A stretch of 62,740 nucleotides of DNA, filler included, from Chiloscyllium plagiosum (GCF_004010195.1; 3 parts of one record of this genome joined end to end with filler, not necessarily neighbours in it); one strand, 5' to 3'; positions 36,501-48,480 are shown, counted from the whole stretch's first letter. The notes: a model not told the origin generated them from the sequence alone. Program-made: numbers and translations.

Positions 36501-39500
36501 CCCCTCACATTCACTCCATATCCGTCACCCTGACCACCTCACACATACCCATCACCATTACCCTGAATCCCTAACACACACTCCATCACTGACTCTCACT
36601 CTTGTCTCCATTACCCTGACCCCATCAGATGCACACACATTCGGGAACTGCCAACCTGACCCCCTCACACGCACTTCATCACTTGTATCCTGACCTCTAT
36701 AAGAGTGTAGTCTGTTACATTCACCCTGTCCCCATCGAACTCCCTCCGTCACCCTGACCCCTAACACTCACTCCATTTCCCTCATCCTGACCCCTTCACA
36801 TTCAATCCCTCACTGTCACCCCGACGACTTCACACTCACTCCATCACTGTAACCTTGACGACCTCACACTCTCTTCATCACCATCACACTGACCCCACAC
36901 ATTCACTGTCACACAAACTCAATCACACCCAGTCCGCCCCGCCATCCTGGCCCCCTTCCACTCAAACCCTCAAAGTCATCCTGACCACCTCAGACTCACG
37001 CTGTTACCCTGGCTACCTCACACTCGCTCCGTCACTGTCACCATGAAGCCATCAAACGCACTCAGTTATAAGAACCCTGACCCACTCACACTCACTCCAT
37101 CACCATCACTCAGACCCCATTCACACTCATTCCGTCACTGTCACCCTGACCCCTTGAAACCCAATCCCTAATTGTCACCCAGACCACCTCACACACACTC
37201 CGTAATCATCACCGTGAACACCACACACTCACTCCGTCACTGCTACCCTGATCTCCATACACTCACTCCATCACAGTAACCGTGACCCCCTCACACTGTC
37301 AATTTCTTCCTGACCACCTCACAATCACTCCATCACTGTAACGCTGACCTCCTCACACACATTCCGTGACCTTAATTGTGAACCCACACACTCCCTCCAT
37401 CTCAGTCACCCTGACCGCCTCACACACACTCCATCACCGTCACCCTGACCCCTTGCACTCACTCCGTCACTGTCCACTTGACCGTCAACCTTGCCCCCTC
37501 ACAGTCACTCTGTCACCGTCTTCCTGACCAGCTCACACTCACTCCATCACTGTCGCCCTGACCTCATCTCTCTCAGTCAGTGAACGTAACTCTGAACCTC
37601 TCAGACTCATTTCATCACTGTCACCTTGTCCCCCTCACACTCACTTCATCTCCGTAACACTAACCCCCTCACACCCTCTCCATCACTGTCAACTTGTCCT
37701 CCTCGCACTCTCTCCATCACCATCACACTCACCCCCTCACACTCACTCCATCACTGTCACCTTGTCCCCCTCACATTCACTCCATCAACATCACCCGGAT
37801 CCTCTCACACTCACTCCATCACCGTCACCCTTACACACTCACACTCACTCCACCACCGTCACACAGATCCCCTCACACTCGCTCCACCACCATCACCCTG
37901 ACCCCCTCATACTCACTCCATCACCGTCCCCCTGACACTTGATCACCATCATAGTGACCCTGATCCCCTCACACTCTCTCCATTGCCCTCACGCTGACCC
38001 CCTCACACTCAATCCATTGTTTTCACCCTGACGCCATCGAATTCCCTCCATCAATGTCACACTGAACCCCTCACACTCACTTCATCTCCGTCACCTTTAC
38101 TGCCTCACACTCCCTCCATCGCCGACATCCTGATCGGCTCACTGTCTCACACTCACTACATCGCCGACATACTGACCAGCTTACACTCACTCCATCACTG
38201 TCACTCTCACCTCGTCACACTTACTCTAAGACAGTCACCCTGAACCACTCACACTCACTACATCACCGTCACCCTTACCCCCTCACACTCACTCCATCAC
38301 CATCACACTGCCCCCTCACACACCATCTATGTCATCCTGACCCTCTCACTCTCACTCCATCACTGTTAACTTGACCGCTCTCACTCACTCCATCACCTTC
38401 ACACTGAACTCCTCACACTCACTCCATCACCGTCACACTGACCCCCTCACACTAACTTCATCTCAGTCACCCTGAGCCCCTCACACTCACTCTATCACCC
38501 GCACCTTGACCCCCCACACTGACTCCTTCACTGGCAACCTGACCCCCTCACACTCACTCCATCACAGTCACCCTGACGCCCTCACACTCACTCCTCACTG
38601 TCACCCTGACCACCTCAAACTCACTACATCACGGTCTTCATGACACACTCACACTCACTTCATCACCATCACCATGACCGTGTCACACTCTCTCCATCAC
38701 GGTCACACTGAACCCTTTACACTCACTCAGTAACCATCACCCGGACCCGCTCACACTCACTTCCTCACTGTCAACCTGACTGCCTCACACTCACGCTATC
38801 ACCGATATACTGACTCCCTCACATTCACTCCATCACCGTCACACACTCCACCATTCTCCTACAGCTTCCGCTACCGTCACGTTCACTCTCCCGCACAGTT
38901 GCTCATCATTGTACTCAGTCCACCCCACAACGCCCCACTTTCATGCTCACTCACCCTGCACAAAGCCTCACCATCAGACTCACTCAAATACACTCCTCCC
39001 ACTGTAACACTCACTCCCCCACGCACAGNNNNNNNNNNNNNNNNNNNNNNNNNNNNNNNNNNNNNNNNNNNNNNNNNNNNNNNNNNNNNNNNNNNNNNNN
39101 NNNNNNNNNNNNNNNNNNNNNNNNNNNNNNNNNNNNNNNNNNNNNNNNNNNNNNNNNNNNNNNNNNNNNNNNNNNNNNNNNNNNNNNNNNNNNNNNNNNN
39201 NNNNNNNNNNNNNNNNNNNNNNNNNNNNNNNNNNNNNNNNNNNNNNNNNNNNNNNNNNNNNNNNNNNNCTCACACTCACTCCATCAGCGTCTCACTGACA
39301 CTCTCACACTCACTCCATCACTGTCACGCTGACCCCCCACACTCCTTCCATCACCGTCACACTGACACTCTCACACTAAATCTATCACTGTCACACTGAC
39401 CCCATCGCACTCACTCCATCACCATCTATCTGAACGCCTCACACTCACTCCATCACCGTCACCCTGAGCCCTTACTCTAACTCCATCACCGTCTCACTGT

Positions 39501-40010
39501 TCCCCTCACACTCACTCCATCCCCGTCTCACTGATCCACTCAAACTCATCCATTACGGTCTTCCTGACCCATTCACACTCACTCCATCATTGTAACCCTG
39601 ACCCCCTCACACTAACTTCATCTCAGTCACCCTGAGCCCCTCACACTCACTCTATCACCCGCACCTTGACCCCCCACACTGACTCCTTCACTGGCAACCT
39701 GACCCCCTCACACTCACTCCATCACAGTCACCCTGACGCCCTCACACTCACTCCTCACTGTCACCCTGACCACCTCAAACTCACTACATCACGGTCTTCA
39801 TGACACACTCACACTCACTTCATCACCATCACCATGACCGTGTCACACTCTCTCCATCACGGTCACACTGAACCCTTTACACTCACTCAGTAACCATCAC
39901 CCGGACCCGCTCACACTCACTTCCTCACTGTCAACCTGACTGCCTCACACTCACGCCATCACCGATATACTGACTCCCTCACATTCACTCCATCACCGTC
40001 ACACATTCCA
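30505..40010. repeat. 34-bp minisatellite array (ctcacactcactccatcaccgtcaccctgacccc), ~9.5 kb with three gaps
   Basis: Period 34 read directly (e.g. 31622, 31656); strongly C/A-rich on the + strand; higher-order blocks recur. Confidence 0.95.
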
Positions 40011-41184
40011 CCATTCTCCTACAGCCTCCGCTACCGTCACGGTCACTCTCCCGCACAGTTGCTCACCATTGTACTCAGTCCACCCCACAACGCCCCACTT
40101 TCATGCTCACTCACTCTGCACAAAGCCTCACCATCAGACTCACTCAAATACACTCCCCCCCACTGTAACACTCACTCCCCCACGCACGGCCCCAACCTGA
40201 TTCTCAGACCCCGTGCACACCCCCACCATCACGCTCACTCTCCTACACATTCCCATTGTCCCGTTCCCTCCCCTGCACACGCCCCCATCGTCACTATTAC
40301 TTCCCCAAACTCTCCCCCTCCGTCATGCTCTCTCCACCACATATTCCCCCACCATCAGTCTAACTCTCTCACACATTCTCCCAGCATCACACTCACATGC
40401 CCACGCAGTCTCCCACCATCACACTCCTCACACACCTTAAACTGAGCTCCTACCTATGAACACTGACCCGGTTGATCCCTTCTAAATGGCCTTTAACCCC
40501 ATCCCCATTCTATTCCCTGAGTAACAGACAGTATGTCCCACACAATGTGTTCTGTTTGTGATATCCTGTTGTACCAGTCTGAGCCACAGCCTACGGTGCC
40601 ACTCCACCTGTTACACCCTATTAACGGCTCGTGTTCTCACACCCACTATGTTCGCAAACAATGGCGTTTGGCCCAAGCTCCATACAGTTGCACTAGCAAT
40701 GGCCTGACATGTCGTCTCAATCTCTGTTCCCTAACATCGGCCTGAAGATCGACAACCCTCTTCTGTTCTCCCAGCACCGAAGGATTCGAGGAAGACAGTA
40801 ACATTGGGAGGTTATGATCGCAAAATGGAGAGAAAAAGTGATTGAGATTGGGAAAGGCAAGAACAGTAGAATTTAGTGTGTAAATGGGAAGAGGAGAAAG
40901 AAATAGCAGTGCAGTGTGAGAGTGGGAGGGATATATGGAGGGAGAGGGACGGGGGGTGGGGAACGTGTATTCTGCTGATAGCCAAGTTAGAGTGGGAGAC
41001 ACAGAAGGGAAAGTAAGGACAGAGGGAGTTAAACCAGGCTCCTGAGCTCAGGGCGCGGTGCCCTCCCCTTCCCTGAGGACCAGGACTTGGGGCTGAGTCT
41101 GTCTTTCTCCAGCTCAGATTCTCCAACACAAAGACACACAGCAACATTGGTCACTCTGCTGCTCGCCACACTTTAATGAACATT

Positions 41185-41190
41185 TTTATT
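41185..41190 (-). terminator. Candidate polyadenylation signal (AATAAA) of the GPCR transcript
   Basis: tttatt on the + strand, about 210 nt past the reconstructed stop codon. Confidence 0.45.
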
Positions 41191-41401
41191 GTTCACAAAT
41201 GGAAGTGATGGATGCTGTCAGTGGGATGGTGCCTTTTTTCACTGGCCCCTGAGTTGTGAGAAACATTGAAATGTGTCCCTGTAACCCCCCCTGTGGGATA
41301 AGGATGGACAAAGCAGCGGTACCCTCAATCTGTTACCATAGCGACAGCCTGCTCCATCGCTGAAACACTGAACTGAAATGAGAAAATCCCGGATGCATTG
41401 A

Positions 41402-42311
41402 TTATTGAGGGAATTTGATGGATGGATGGATTTGGGTGAAGGGATATTTCAGCAAATTCTTCAGCTGCTGCCTGAACTTAGTCTGGGTCACGGTATAAAT
41501 CGCGGTGTTTGTGCAGCAACTGAGCAGCTGCAGCATGAAGCCCAATTCCCGCACAAGTTATCGAGATACGCAGGGGAATCCACAATCCACAACATCCGTA
41601 CCCATGTAGAATACAGCATGAACGTTGACCAAAACAAGATGAAATTGGCCGAGATCACAAACAGTAAAATGATGGATTTTTTTCGGTTTCTCATTTCAGT
41701 GTCAGACTGAGCGTCCCCATTGGTGTGAGCGTGGAGTCTCCTGCGGGCTCTGCTGGTCACTAAAATGTGTCTGACGGTGAGAACATTGAGCAACAGAATC
41801 AGGATAAATGGGACACCCGGGTTTAGGATGTGGTGGAGGGACTCGATTGTGACCCAGACACTGGAGAATATAACAGCGAGTGTTATCACACAAAACCGGG
41901 GGGCGTTCCCCAGCCGATACCGAAACGTGATAATAAAATACCAGGAAATGTTCTTTAAACAGCTCAGCACAGTCACTGCTCCCAGAAACACAACCGCCGT
42001 TTTCTCACTGCAATATTTACTTTTCAGCTTCTGGCAACAAATGGCCACAAACCGATCAAAGGTGAAAGTGACGGTGAACCAGACAGAGCAGTCAGTGGCT
42101 GCATAAACCAGGACAGCGTGGATATTACACACGCGGACGGAGTTCTTCAGAAAATAAAACTGTTCCCGATAATTAATGTGAATGTGTCTCAGCATCAGGT
42201 CGAGGATAATGACCAGGAGATCCGCCGCTGCCATGGCCCCCAGGTAACGTCTGACACATGGAGACAATCCACAATCTTTATAAAGCAGGACGTAAATGGT
42301 CTCTACGTTAA
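41402..42311 (-). CDS. GPR139/GPR142-like class A orphan GPCR, main coding exon (mid-TM1 to C-terminus), frameshifted before TM7 (pseudogene or sequence error)
   Basis: Acceptor ttttccttcctcgcag then phase-1 (V)NVETIYVLL. Motifs YLGAMAAADLLVII, CSVWFTVTFTFDRFVAICC, PGVPFILILLLN, RKKSIILLFVIS. Adding one base at 41555-41556 restores DNFVRELGFMLQLLSCCTNTAIYTVTQTKFRQQLKNLLKYPFTQIHPSIKFPQ with TAA at 41404-41402. Confidence 0.9.
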
Positions 42312-42871
42312 CTGCGAGGAAGGAAAACAAACCCATTATCCATCAGCCTGGAGGCAAAGGGACCCGTTTGATTGGGGACCCAGTGAGATTTTCAAATGTG
42401 TCCCTGTATTCAGGGATTTAGTAAAATAATTGGAGCTGGAATAACAAATGGGAAGGTCGGAATTACTGACAAAAATGTGACATAAACCACAAGAAACCCT
42501 CCCTCATCAAACACACAGAGACACATCCATAAGGACAGATGGTTTCTAGAACATTCCCACACACTCAATCACTCGAGAGCAGATACAGGTCACTCTTTCC
42601 CAGTTCCTAATACGGAGGGTGGAAACGTTGCTGTCCTGAAGGATTCTCTCCCACTTTCCTGAAAAAAACGGAGTTTGGGAATTTCTGTATTTTGGCCTAA
42701 ATTGTGGTCGATCCTGTGTCGTGAAGAAATGTAAACGCAGGGAAAACGTATTCACCCCTTTAACTGCCTGAGGGGACTTCGGGAACAGTGTCTCCTTCTC
42801 CCTGGAACGGGATCTCTTCCCTCGGGATCTTATCGTTTGCTCAATTCACTGACGTCCGGCCGTTCACAAAC

Positions 42872-43176
42872 AATGTCAGGGTCAGAACGTTCCGGGGAAT
42901 GTCAGTTATAGAATGTCAGGGACAGAACGTTCCGGGAATGTCAGTTATAGAATGTAGGGGAAAGAACGTTCCGGGGAATGGCAGTTATAGAATGTCAGGG
43001 ACAGAACGTTCCGGGGAATGTCAGTTATAGAATGTCAGGGACAGAACGTTCCGGGGAATGTCAGTTATAGAATGTCAGGGACAGAACGTTCCGGGAATGT
43101 CAGTTATAGAATGTAGGGGAAAGAACGTTCCGGGGAATGGCAGTTATAGAATGTTGTGGACAGAACATTCCACGAA
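42872..43176. repeat. 39/40-bp minisatellite, ~7.5 copies (aatgtcagggacagaacgttccggggaatgtcagttatag), in the inferred GPCR intron
   Basis: Units start at 42872, 42912, 42951, 42991, 43031, 43071, 43110 and 43150; units 2-3 recur as units 6-7. Confidence 0.95.
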
Positions 43177-43389
43177 ACTCCTTGACCTGTCCATTAACTT
43201 TCCCCCCTACCCACCCCACCAACATGATATACTGTGCTTGGACACACTGTAACATTAATGGGGTGAGAGACGGAGGGTCCAATCACAGGAATGGGAACTG
43301 AAGGCATCGCCAGATCAGCTGAAATGTTTGGATATACCACATTCTCAATCCACCTCCCAGAACCAGCCCAGACACCATACACCCAGGGG

Positions 43390-44075
43390 GGATCTCTGTT
43401 CACCGTGGAACACTGTGTTGACCAGGCCAGTGTACTGCTCAGTACAACACAGCAATCTGTCCAGATTCATCCATTACACTGGTCAATACAACCCAGCAAT
43501 CTGTCCAGAGTGGAACACTGCACAGATCAGATCAGCGCATTGATCGATAAACCCAGACCATATATCTTTCCCGCGCGATGAGCTGTGCAGACCACAGCAG
43601 TGCATTGATCTACAAACCCAGACTAGATATCTGTCCAGCACGGGGAGCTGTGCAGACCACATCAGGGCACTAACATGTAAACCTGAAACAAATATCCATC
43701 CAACATAAGGCGCTACACAACCACATAATTGCATTATCTATAAACCTCAACCAGATACTATGACCAGCACAGCGAACTGTGCAGTGATCAGCCATGAATT
43801 AATCTGTAAACCCGGGGCCGTTACCCTCCCAGTATGTAGTACTGTGTACACCACCCCAGTGCATTGATCTGTGAACCCAGGGCAGTTACCCTCCCAACAT
43901 GTAGAGCTGTGTACACCTTCCCAGTGCATTGATCTGTAAACCAGGAGCAGTTCCCCTCCCAGCATGTAGGACTGTGTAACCCACCCCAATGCATTCATCC
44001 GTAAACCAGGAGCAGTTATCCCCCCCCCAGCATATAGGGCTGTGTACCCCATCCCAGTGCATTGCTCAGTAACAC
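43390..44075. repeat. Degenerate ~65-bp tandem repeat
   Basis: ccagtgcattgatctgtaaacc-like motif at 43856, 43921, 43986 and 44054, with more diverged units leftward. Confidence 0.8.
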
Positions 44076-44419
44076 TGTGTTAGATCACTGTCCAGCGTGG
44101 AGAAACTTGCAGTCCATGCTGGAAGTGACAGGATTTGCAGCTCCCATCCATTTCCAGCTCCATATCTCCATTGTGCCATGACAAGGGGGTGCTGTGGGTG
44201 TGAACATCACTGCCAGGGAGAGATCGCGGGTGAATCAGTTTAAATATCACCACATGGGAGGGGTTTAGGGTATAGACAGAGAGAGGGAGACTGAGGGTCA
44301 GTGTCATGGAAAGATGTGTTCCCAGGTTTCAGAATGTAGACACTTGGATGGCATCCTGTATCATGAGCCAACCTTCCTAGGAAAGATGGGAAAAAGGGAT
44401 ATTGGTGTGAAGACAGGTG

Positions 44420-45445
44420 AGCATTTGTTCTGCATCTTTTTAACTGGAATTGGTTTCAACACAATCTATGACTCATTGGGCAGTTTCTAACAATAATTTG
44501 TGTCAGTGACATGTTCATTGAGTGTGACAGAGGGATTATCTGCACGAGGCTGAGCTAGTTTCCTCGTGCTATCTTATAGAGCTCATTAACTACCCACCAC
44601 ACCCCTGGTGTCCCTCTCATTCAATACCAGCCCTAATTTCCCACCCATCATGGCTGGAGGTACACACTATCGCCTGGTTATACCTGAATATTCCTTGATC
44701 CCTGACACAGGTGCCATCTTTAAAAAGCAAATGGGCATACAGTCGAGCTTTCTCAGCTTGGAGCTGCCCTGCACAGTTTACCCCGAGCATGGGAGATAAG
44801 CGACAATTACACCACGGTTTGTCGACAGGGGCACGGAGGTCCTGGTACAGAGGGGGACCCTTCTCTTCCCAGAGGGGGGCACACCATCAGACCCACCGAG
44901 CATGGTCTGAGCTCCCCACTCAGCTCAGTGCAGTATCTGCCGTCTGTAGAAATGCCCAGCAATACAGGACAAGCATCAATAACCTTCCCCATTCAGTCAG
45001 GGTAAGGGTCGCTGTATTCTCTCTGCTCCCTCACACTCACGGTATATCTGTTATAGCACCGACCCCCGAACAAGGCTCATGCTCTACCACTCTCACTACT
45101 GCATGCAACACCTTCTCTCTCTCTCTCTCTGTCTCTCTTTCTCTCCCTTCCCCCTCTCTCTCACCCTTCCCTCTCTCTCCCCCCTCTCTCTCACTCTCAC
45201 TCCCTCTCTCCCTCCACTTTATCTCACACACCAATAACACTGCCTGGATACAACACTGTGGACTGACTCCCTTCGGACACCTCACCAAATGTCCCCCCAC
45301 CCCCACATACACCGACACTAACAGCAGAACCACCCACTCCCACCCTCACTCCCTCCATCCCTTTCTCCGATTCGACGAGAAACAGGAATAGGACAGAGAG
45401 GACCAAGCCGGGTGGTGGAGTGCTGGATATCCATTCCCTCACACC
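44420..45445 (+). repeat. Older direct paralog of ~13850-14800
   Basis: actcattggg...ctaacaataatttg...cagagggatt...cgaggctgagctagtttcct through gggtggtggagtgc...gatatccat is colinear with the left inner arm; about 80% by eye. Confidence 0.88.
44789..45001 (+). pseudogene. Third Myb/SANT-like exon copy, splice donor intact
   Basis: MGDKRQL/PRFVDRGTEVLVQRGTLLFPEG/HHQTHRAWSELPTQLSAVSAVCRNAQQYRTSINNLPHSVR followed by gtaagg; two compensating frameshifts. Confidence 0.65.
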
Positions 45446-46310
45446 CCCTCCCCCCGCCATGTGTGGAGGACCCTGGTTGGAGCCGGAGAGGACCGGGGCA
45501 CCTCGTGTGGAGATTCTGAAACAACCACGTCCCACCGACCGAGTAAGGAGCAATGTTCAGTGAAGGGCAACTCTCACTTTAAACCGGCAGCTCCATTTTC
45601 CCCCGGCACAACTTAGAAGCCGTGGCCCTGATGCCATCTACCTTTTGTGTCGAGCTGGTACAAATGGAATCCCCACGGTCTCGGTGGGCAGGAGGGTGGG
45701 CTCACTACACATCGTCTACCCCACCTCCCAGGAAGGCAGCATGGAGGCTCCCTCCTACAACTCCCCTGTAAACAGCTCAGAAACTGAAACTAATCTGTGA
45801 GAGTTACTGCTCTCCTCACTTTTCCTGGCATCTTCAACAATCTGTGCTCATATACACGCAATGTTCTCTGCTCCTGCACCCCCTTTATAACGGTGCAGCC
45901 TGTTTTGTTTTGTCTTTCATTGTCCTTCCTACCAAAGTGCACCGCTTCACACTGCTCTGCATTGATCCCCATCTGCGTAAAAACTACACCAATGTGTGAT
46001 TGTCCTGTTAGCCTTCCACACTGTCCTCCATAGTCTTCAGAGTTCTTTCAGTTTCGGTGCCATTTACATACATTGAAATTGTCAGAGCATCACAGACCCC
46101 AAGAAACAACTGAAATCCTGCCACACTCACCAGTGCGAGCAAGTGAAATACTGATATATTCCCACAGAGGGAGTCGAATAATGACATACTGTCAACAGAC
46201 CAACAAAAATACTGACACCCACCAGGCACAGTGAATGAAACATTGACAAATCATGGGGCAAGAGAAATCCGGATATGCTCTGATTATCTTCATTGACATC
46301 ATGGTATTAA

Positions 46311-47061
46311 TGTTATGAAGTTGAAAGTGTGTACTTTCAACTTTAAGGAAGAGTGAATACGGTTCTGAACTGAGAGCTTCCAAGCTCCTGTGTATATGAG
46401 AGGATGGCAGACACAGAGTGTCAAGGACAACTGAAAATATGGCACATTTGGCTGTGAAATTGATCCCTGGGTTGGTTGCTCTTTGGACAACAATTGGAAT
46501 TTTACCAATCCGTTTAAATTATGTCCCAGGATACTCAAACCAAATCAAGTTTGAATTTATTGGTTTTCGATAAATGATCCGATGTTGGCGATATTAAGAA
46601 TGCAGGCATTTTGAAAATTGCAAACAGAGCAAATGCCATCAACACAGAAATTGGAAAACAATCTCTATCAAAGGTACCTTTTCATATGAAATATATTGAC
46701 AGTAAAAAGAAAGAAGATAAACCAGGGAGATCCACAGCTAACGAAAACACCGAAAGCAACAGCTGCTGTGTGGTTTTGAAATTAAGTTGATGTAATTTTC
46801 ATAAGTGTCTTATTGAAATAGTATATTGCTATAGAGTTGGAGTGGGGTAATAGGCAGTTAAGAGATTCGGGGTCTCAGAGTTGTGAATAGTTGCTGTAAA
46901 ATGTTCACTTTCAGAGTTAAAAAATAAATTGATGATTTTTTTTTAAACAGTGGAATTTGGGCGTTCTCTGTCACTCAGATTTTAACAGTTTATGATGAAA
47001 ATTGAGCTTTTCTTGGTGTTTAGGTTAAATTACCAGATGAGCTTCACGCCGTGTCCTAACA
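46311..47061 (+). mobile_element. Putative solo LTR
   Basis: Bounded by TGTTA...TAACA, 751 bp, AATAAA near 46923. No clean target-site duplication seen. Confidence 0.5.
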
Positions 47062-47135
47062 ATTGCTGTGTGTGTATCTGTCTGTCTCCGTGAGGGGCAG
47101 GTCCAGCAGTCACTGTGGTGTTTAAAGTGATGCAA

Positions 47136-47169
47136 TACTACCCTCTGCTGGCCTCCCCACGCCACTGCA
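47136..47169 (-). promoter_or_regulatory. Candidate CTCF site with upstream motif, 5' of the GPCR
   Basis: Minus strand TGCAGT-ggcgtgggga-GGCCAGCAGAGGGTAGTA, followed by TTTAAA at 47121-47126; flanks homologous to ~14810-14990. Confidence 0.5.
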
Positions 47170-47289
47170 CAGGCATTGGCAGAGGTTGAAAACCAACAGG
47201 GATTCATTCAGAGAGGGGGAGGGGGAGGGGGAGGGGGAGTGGGAGCTGCTCACAGCACCATCCAAACTGATGTCTTCTCCATGTACTGA

Positions 47290-48112
47290 TCTAAACGTTG
47301 TAACTGTCACTGCTTTCATCACTTCCTCTGGAAGTTAATTCCGCACCCAAGCCAGCTTCTGTCCAAAATAATTACCTCTCATCACTTTTGTAAATCTTTT
47401 TTACTCGCATCTTAAAATTTCACTCAGTTTTGAATCCCCAACTCGAGGGAAAAGACATCAGCCTTCAGCTTATCTGTACCCCTCATGATTTTCTAAACCT
47501 CTGTAAAGTTACCCCTTAATCTCATACTCTCCAATGAAAAAAAGTCCCAGCCTATTCAGCCTCTCCTTATAGCTCACTCCCTCCACTCCCAGCAACATCC
47601 AGGTTAATCTCTTCTGAACTCTCTCCAGCTTAATAATATCAAGGTCAATAATATCAAAATGAATAGTCAAGGTGTTTTCGAATGGTACGGGAAGTCCAAA
47701 ACTAGAGGACATAAGTTTAAAGTAAGAGGTGAAAAATTTAACAATGACATAAGGGGCATCTTTTTCACCCAGAGAGTGGTGTGCCTGTGGAATGAGCGGG
47801 CAGGATGACCAGACTGGACACAGTATTCCAGAAGAGGTCTCACCAATGTCCTATACGACCTCAACATGACGTCCCAATTCCGATACTCAAAGGTCTGAGC
47901 AATGAAGACAAGAGTGCTATATACCTTCTTAACCACACTATTTATATGAGATGCAAATTTTAAAGAATTATACCTGACGGTAAAGGTCTCTGTTCTACGA
48001 CACCGCCAAAGGCCCTACCTTTAATTGTATAGGTCCTGCACTTGGTTGATTTGCCAAATCAAACACCTCGCATTAATTCAAACTAAACTCCATCTGCCAC
48101 ACCTCAGCCCAA
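47290..48112 (-). mobile_element. CR1 RT C-terminal fragment interrupted by an opposite-strand CR1 piece (~47660-47798)
   Basis: DIIKLERVQKRLTWML...YKERLNRLGLF and VMLRSYRTLVRPLLEYCVQ on minus; KTRGHKFKVRG...FFTQRVVCLWNE on plus. Confidence 0.85.
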
Positions 48113-48480
48113 TGAGTGATATTACCACCTTCTCACCTTCCCCGTTTAATTTTACAATTCTCTCCCCCTCTCCAGGAAGCCTACACACTTCGGCCTTGAG
48201 TTTCACAAATTCCCTGAGCTTGGTTTGCCTTGTGTGGTTAGGGGGTCATTTCATGGTTTTAGGAAGAGGGTAGTCACACGTTAGAGGTGGGTAATAGTGA
48301 TCGTTTTTTTTGGGACCAGAAATTATAGTCTATCTTGGTCTCTGGTGTTCAGTAATAAATATCTATTCGAGACCCATCAATGTGTAGAGTGTGTCTGCAT
48401 GATTTATATCCTTAATATTGCAGACTACAGATAATAGCGATTTAAAATAGAAATCAAAGCCAAACAATTAAAGATGTTGT

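Noticed and set aside
30505..40445. His/Thr/Pro/Ser-rich ORFs suggesting a mucin-like protein
   Set aside because: They are translations of a 34-bp repeat whose length is not a multiple of three, with frequent indels and stops.
41405..42429. Plus-strand ORFs 41405, 41765 and 42118
   Set aside because: Antisense shadows of the GPCR exon.
42884..43135. Heat-shock element reading of aGAAcgTTCc
   Set aside because: Only two pentamers are in phase and the third nGAAn is out of register, so it is not a canonical HSE.
42872..43176. CRISPR-like appearance of the 40-bp array (and the 36-bp array at 52642)
   Set aside because: Units are head-to-tail with no unique spacers, there are no cas genes, and the context is vertebrate.
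44711..45391. 226-aa ORF as an intact gene
   Set aside because: It combines an out-of-frame and in-frame Myb relic with read-through past the splice donor into a CT-rich low-complexity tract.
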